Source: Wickerhamiella versatilis
Taxonomy: Eukaryota
Reading direction: 5' to 3'
DNA length: 64,000 nucleotides
Assembly (NCBI GenBank): GCA_030867685.1
Contig: JAQOWU010000007.1
Span: forward strand, 1,364,001 to 1,428,000
In this document: piece by piece, positions 61,521-64,000 of the stretch
Numbering within the stretch: position 1 is the stretch's first letter
Layout: every line of letters begins with the position of its first letter
Notes under the pieces: model-generated
Told to the model about the DNA's origin: nothing
Seen by the model: the letters and a program-made list of their open reading frames with translations, nothing else
The model's database searches: none
Made by a program: the position numbers and the translations under genes

Positions 61521-63659
61521 CTATGCACCGGAAGAACCATAGAGTGATGCCCAGTTCTCGAAGGCCTTCAAACCCTCTGGCGAGACAGAAGGTCTGATTG
61601 TTGACATACTCTTCTCAAAGTCGTCATATCCCATTGGTCTCACCTGATCAGGGGCGGTGGTGAGGAGTGCATCACCAAGAGACCTTAATGGTCCCATAGC
61701 CGCATCCTTAGCCAGGGCAGTAAGATCTGATCCAGAGAATCCCCGGGTAAGAGTTACCAGCCGACCGACATCGTTATTGTTAAGGGCATGTTTCTGGTGA
61801 CTTAACAGTTTCAATAAATGCACTTTTCGAGTCTCCGGCTCAGGTAGAGGTATATATTGCCGGCGAACGAATCGTCGGCGAGCTGCTTCGTCAATAGCCC
61901 ACGGGAGATTAGTTGCGCCTAATACAAGTACCCGACGAACATCTCCATGGGTTTTACCGGTAGCAGCCGCCTGCAAATCACTCCATTGAACCAAAAACTC
62001 GTTCTTGATACGGCGAGAAGCTTCATGCTCGCCTTGGTCAGCACGCTGCGTTAAAATACTGTCGATCTCATCCACAAAAATAATTGAAGGTGCAAGCGCT
62101 TTGGCAAGTTGGAAAAGAGCACGGACAAGCTTCTCCGACTCTCCCATATACTTAGAGGTAAGACTCGAGGCACTAATACTGAAAAAGGTTGACTTAGACT
62201 CAGTTGCCACTGCACGAGCCAACATCGTTTTTCCTGTACCTGGTGGACCAAAGAGCAGCATACCAAGCGCTGGCTCACGAAGCCCACTGAATAAGTCTGG
62301 ACGCAAAAAGGGGTATACAACTGTTTCTTTTAGCGACGCCTTCGCCTGCTCAAGACCGGCTATATCATCCCAATGAACCACATCACCACGGAGAACAACT
62401 TCGTTAAGAATCTGTTTGGCTGCATTTTCATCTACTCCCCGAAGTTCTTTAATTTTTTGTCGCGCCATTAAATCCCATTCGTCAAGCTTCTCTGTATCCT
62501 CTTCTGGCGACTTGGGTGTATCATCGACCAGCAAGGGTCTTTCTTTAGGTGTTGGTGGTGAAGCTGATCGGCTTGCCGCGCTTCTCACTTGATGCTGCTG
62601 CGGTTGTGGTTGTAATTGTGGGGGACGCGAGGTTTTGACGACAACCGGAACAGGTCTGCCAGACCCGGACCTGGCATAAGATACCTGATAAGAATTAACC
62701 TTTTTTGGTGCTACGCTCGCAGCGACCGGAAGTTGAGGCGGCGGTTTCACAGGTTGACTGGGATACCCGGTCGAAACAGGAGTATGTTCTGGCTGTGAAC
62801 TTGAACGGGGCGTACCAGGGGAAGGAGGTGCGTCTTCAAAGGTACCTTCAAAGCCCTCAAAGTCTATAGTCGGCGAGCGTTTAATATGTTCCTGAGAAGT
62901 TTCAGGGGACTGGTGAGCCCAGACCTTAGCAGCCGCAGTAGATGCAGACTCTATAGTTACAGGCCTGCCGCCACCAGACTTCAACGGGTTTCGCGGCCTC
63001 AGTGTCGTGAGTAACGAGCGACTTTGCGTATATGCAGGTGAGGGTTGGCCTTGTGGATACTCCAGGCTAGACCGCGGCTGTGGCTGTGTCTGTGTCTGTG
63101 GTTTTTCGCTGGCCTTGGCTGTCTTCAGAGCTGGTGTTGGATTTGGCTTTCTATTATAGAGATTATAAGGCATCTCCTTCACCTTAGGAAGCAGCGACTC
63201 GCTCAGACTTTGTTTCTTTTTCACGACACCCTCAGTGTGTGGCGGGGGCGTAGGTGAAATTCCAGGTTCTGATGAGGATTTTAGACCGCTTGCCATGCTG
63301 TGTGAACTTTTATGCGTGAGATTAACACTTGACGTTGAAGTACCAGTAACAGGGGTGCCATAGGGAGACTTAGCTGGCACCTGCTTAGCCTCCAGAGCTG
63401 CAATTCTGTCATGGCATTGCCGTTCAATATCCATAATACTTGCCAGCAGGCTCTTCTCCGAACCACTCTTGGGTGGGGAGCCATCTAGCTTGGCCATTCC
63501 CATCGATATGTTTGCGAGACACACTTTCCAGGCTGCCAGCGCCTCTTTGGTCTCAAAGCTAGATTCACGAAGTATGCTTTGGAGTGAGTGTTGGTATGCT
63601 TCATCGTATATTTTCTGTAGTAATGCTGCTTTAGACGACTTGCGTGGCCAAACAGGCAT
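61521..63659 (-). CDS. Spastin/fidgetin-clade AAA ATPase (Sap1/Yta6-like)
   Basis: [48 protein letters not shown]; first ATG 63659. Confidence 0.93.
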   Translation of the reverse strand: MPVWPRKSSKAALLQKIYDEAYQHSLQSILRESSFETKEALAAWKVCLANISMGMAKLDGSPPKSGSEKSLLASIMDIERQCHDRIAALEAKQVPAKSPYGTPVTGTSTSSVNLTHKSSHSMASGLKSSSEPGISPTPPPHTEGVVKKKQSLSESLLPKVKEMPYNLYNRKPNPTPALKTAKASEKPQTQTQPQPRSSLEYPQGQPSPAYTQSRSLLTTLRPRNPLKSGGGRPVTIESASTAAAKVWAHQSPETSQEHIKRSPTIDFEGFEGTFEDAPPSPGTPRSSSQPEHTPVSTGYPSQPVKPPPQLPVAASVAPKKVNSYQVSYARSGSGRPVPVVVKTSRPPQLQPQPQQHQVRSAASRSASPPTPKERPLLVDDTPKSPEEDTEKLDEWDLMARQKIKELRGVDENAAKQILNEVVLRGDVVHWDDIAGLEQAKASLKETVVYPFLRPDLFSGLREPALGMLLFGPPGTGKTMLARAVATESKSTFFSISASSLTSKYMGESEKLVRALFQLAKALAPSIIFVDEIDSILTQRADQGEHEASRRIKNEFLVQWSDLQAAATGKTHGDVRRVLVLGATNLPWAIDEAARRRFVRRQYIPLPEPETRKVHLLKLLSHQKHALNNNDVGRLVTLTRGFSGSDLTALAKDAAMGPLRSLGDALLTTAPDQVRPMGYDDFEKSMSTIRPSVSPEGLKAFENWASLYGSSGA

Positions 63660-63941
63660 TGGGCAGCACGCTCGTTGTGATGACAGCAAGAAGGTTTGTT
63701 TGGGAAACAGCGATGACAAATATTTTAGGTGAATTCTATACTGTAGCAGCAATGGCAGGTATTAATTACTTTATTTCTTGATCAGTCTCTAAGATGTACC
63801 CATATTGTTGCCGAGCCCCCCTCCTGGCCTCCACCAAAAAGGCCCTGGCCCAGGATAGCTTGGTCAAATTGGCCCTGCGTTTCCCAGAGGCCCATCATAT
63901 TACTAAGGTGTGGGTCTGTGGGATCAAGAAAGTGATTCTCT

Positions 63942-63952
63942 TACTAACCTAG
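63942..63952 (+). other. Candidate branch point + 3' splice site (TACTAAC-CTAG) of a gene continuing past the right edge
   Basis: Perfect TACTAAC at 63942-63948 with AG at 63951-52; one downstream frame is open to 64000. Confidence 0.4.
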
Positions 63953-64000
63953 CCGACCAAGCTGAACCCGTTGATTACCTAAGTTGGAAAAATGCTGGCT

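Noticed and set aside
1-64000. tRNA, rRNA, LTR/transposon, centromere or CRISPR features
   Set aside because: GTTCGA-like hits fall within CDSs or lack a cloverleaf; no long repeats, RT/transposase ORFs or long gene-free tract seen. Small ncRNAs could be missed by eye.

Overview
Eukaryotic DNA from a very compact, essentially intron-free budding-yeast genome. About 41 complete CDSs plus probable partial genes at both ends fit in 64 kb, with many 8-100 bp spacers. A complex I subunit, a COP9/MPN subunit and the streamlining suggest an early-diverging Saccharomycotina lineage such as Starmerella/Wickerhamiella (inference). Content is mostly housekeeping: RPL42, NDUFB4, COX6, ALD, an arrestin, KAR5, RAD4, SPT2, MED1, MCP1, RFA3, HOL1, a MATE pump, PEX12, CSN6, XDJ1, MDM10, SWC3, MSE1, EXO70, SYN8, SEC39, MIH1, UTP13, ERG2, SPT7, YOS9, RAD3, URA3, DCW1/DFG5, MSH6, ADK2, GVP36, GPX, TPA1, CPS1, SAP1/YTA6. 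I saw no tRNA, rRNA, transposon or CRISPR array. The most unusual object is a DOT1-family H3K79 methyltransferase fused in one ORF to a Cti6/Set3-type PHD finger, with two altered lysine-channel positions. Other oddities: eL42 with Arg at the methyl-Lys55 site, NDUFB4 with a repeated C-terminal tail, an orphan secreted RGD/YRG protein, head-to-head genes 34-59 bp apart, and a recurring GGCCCT/TTAGGG promoter motif. All identifications are by-eye motif recognition from memory; no searches were run.
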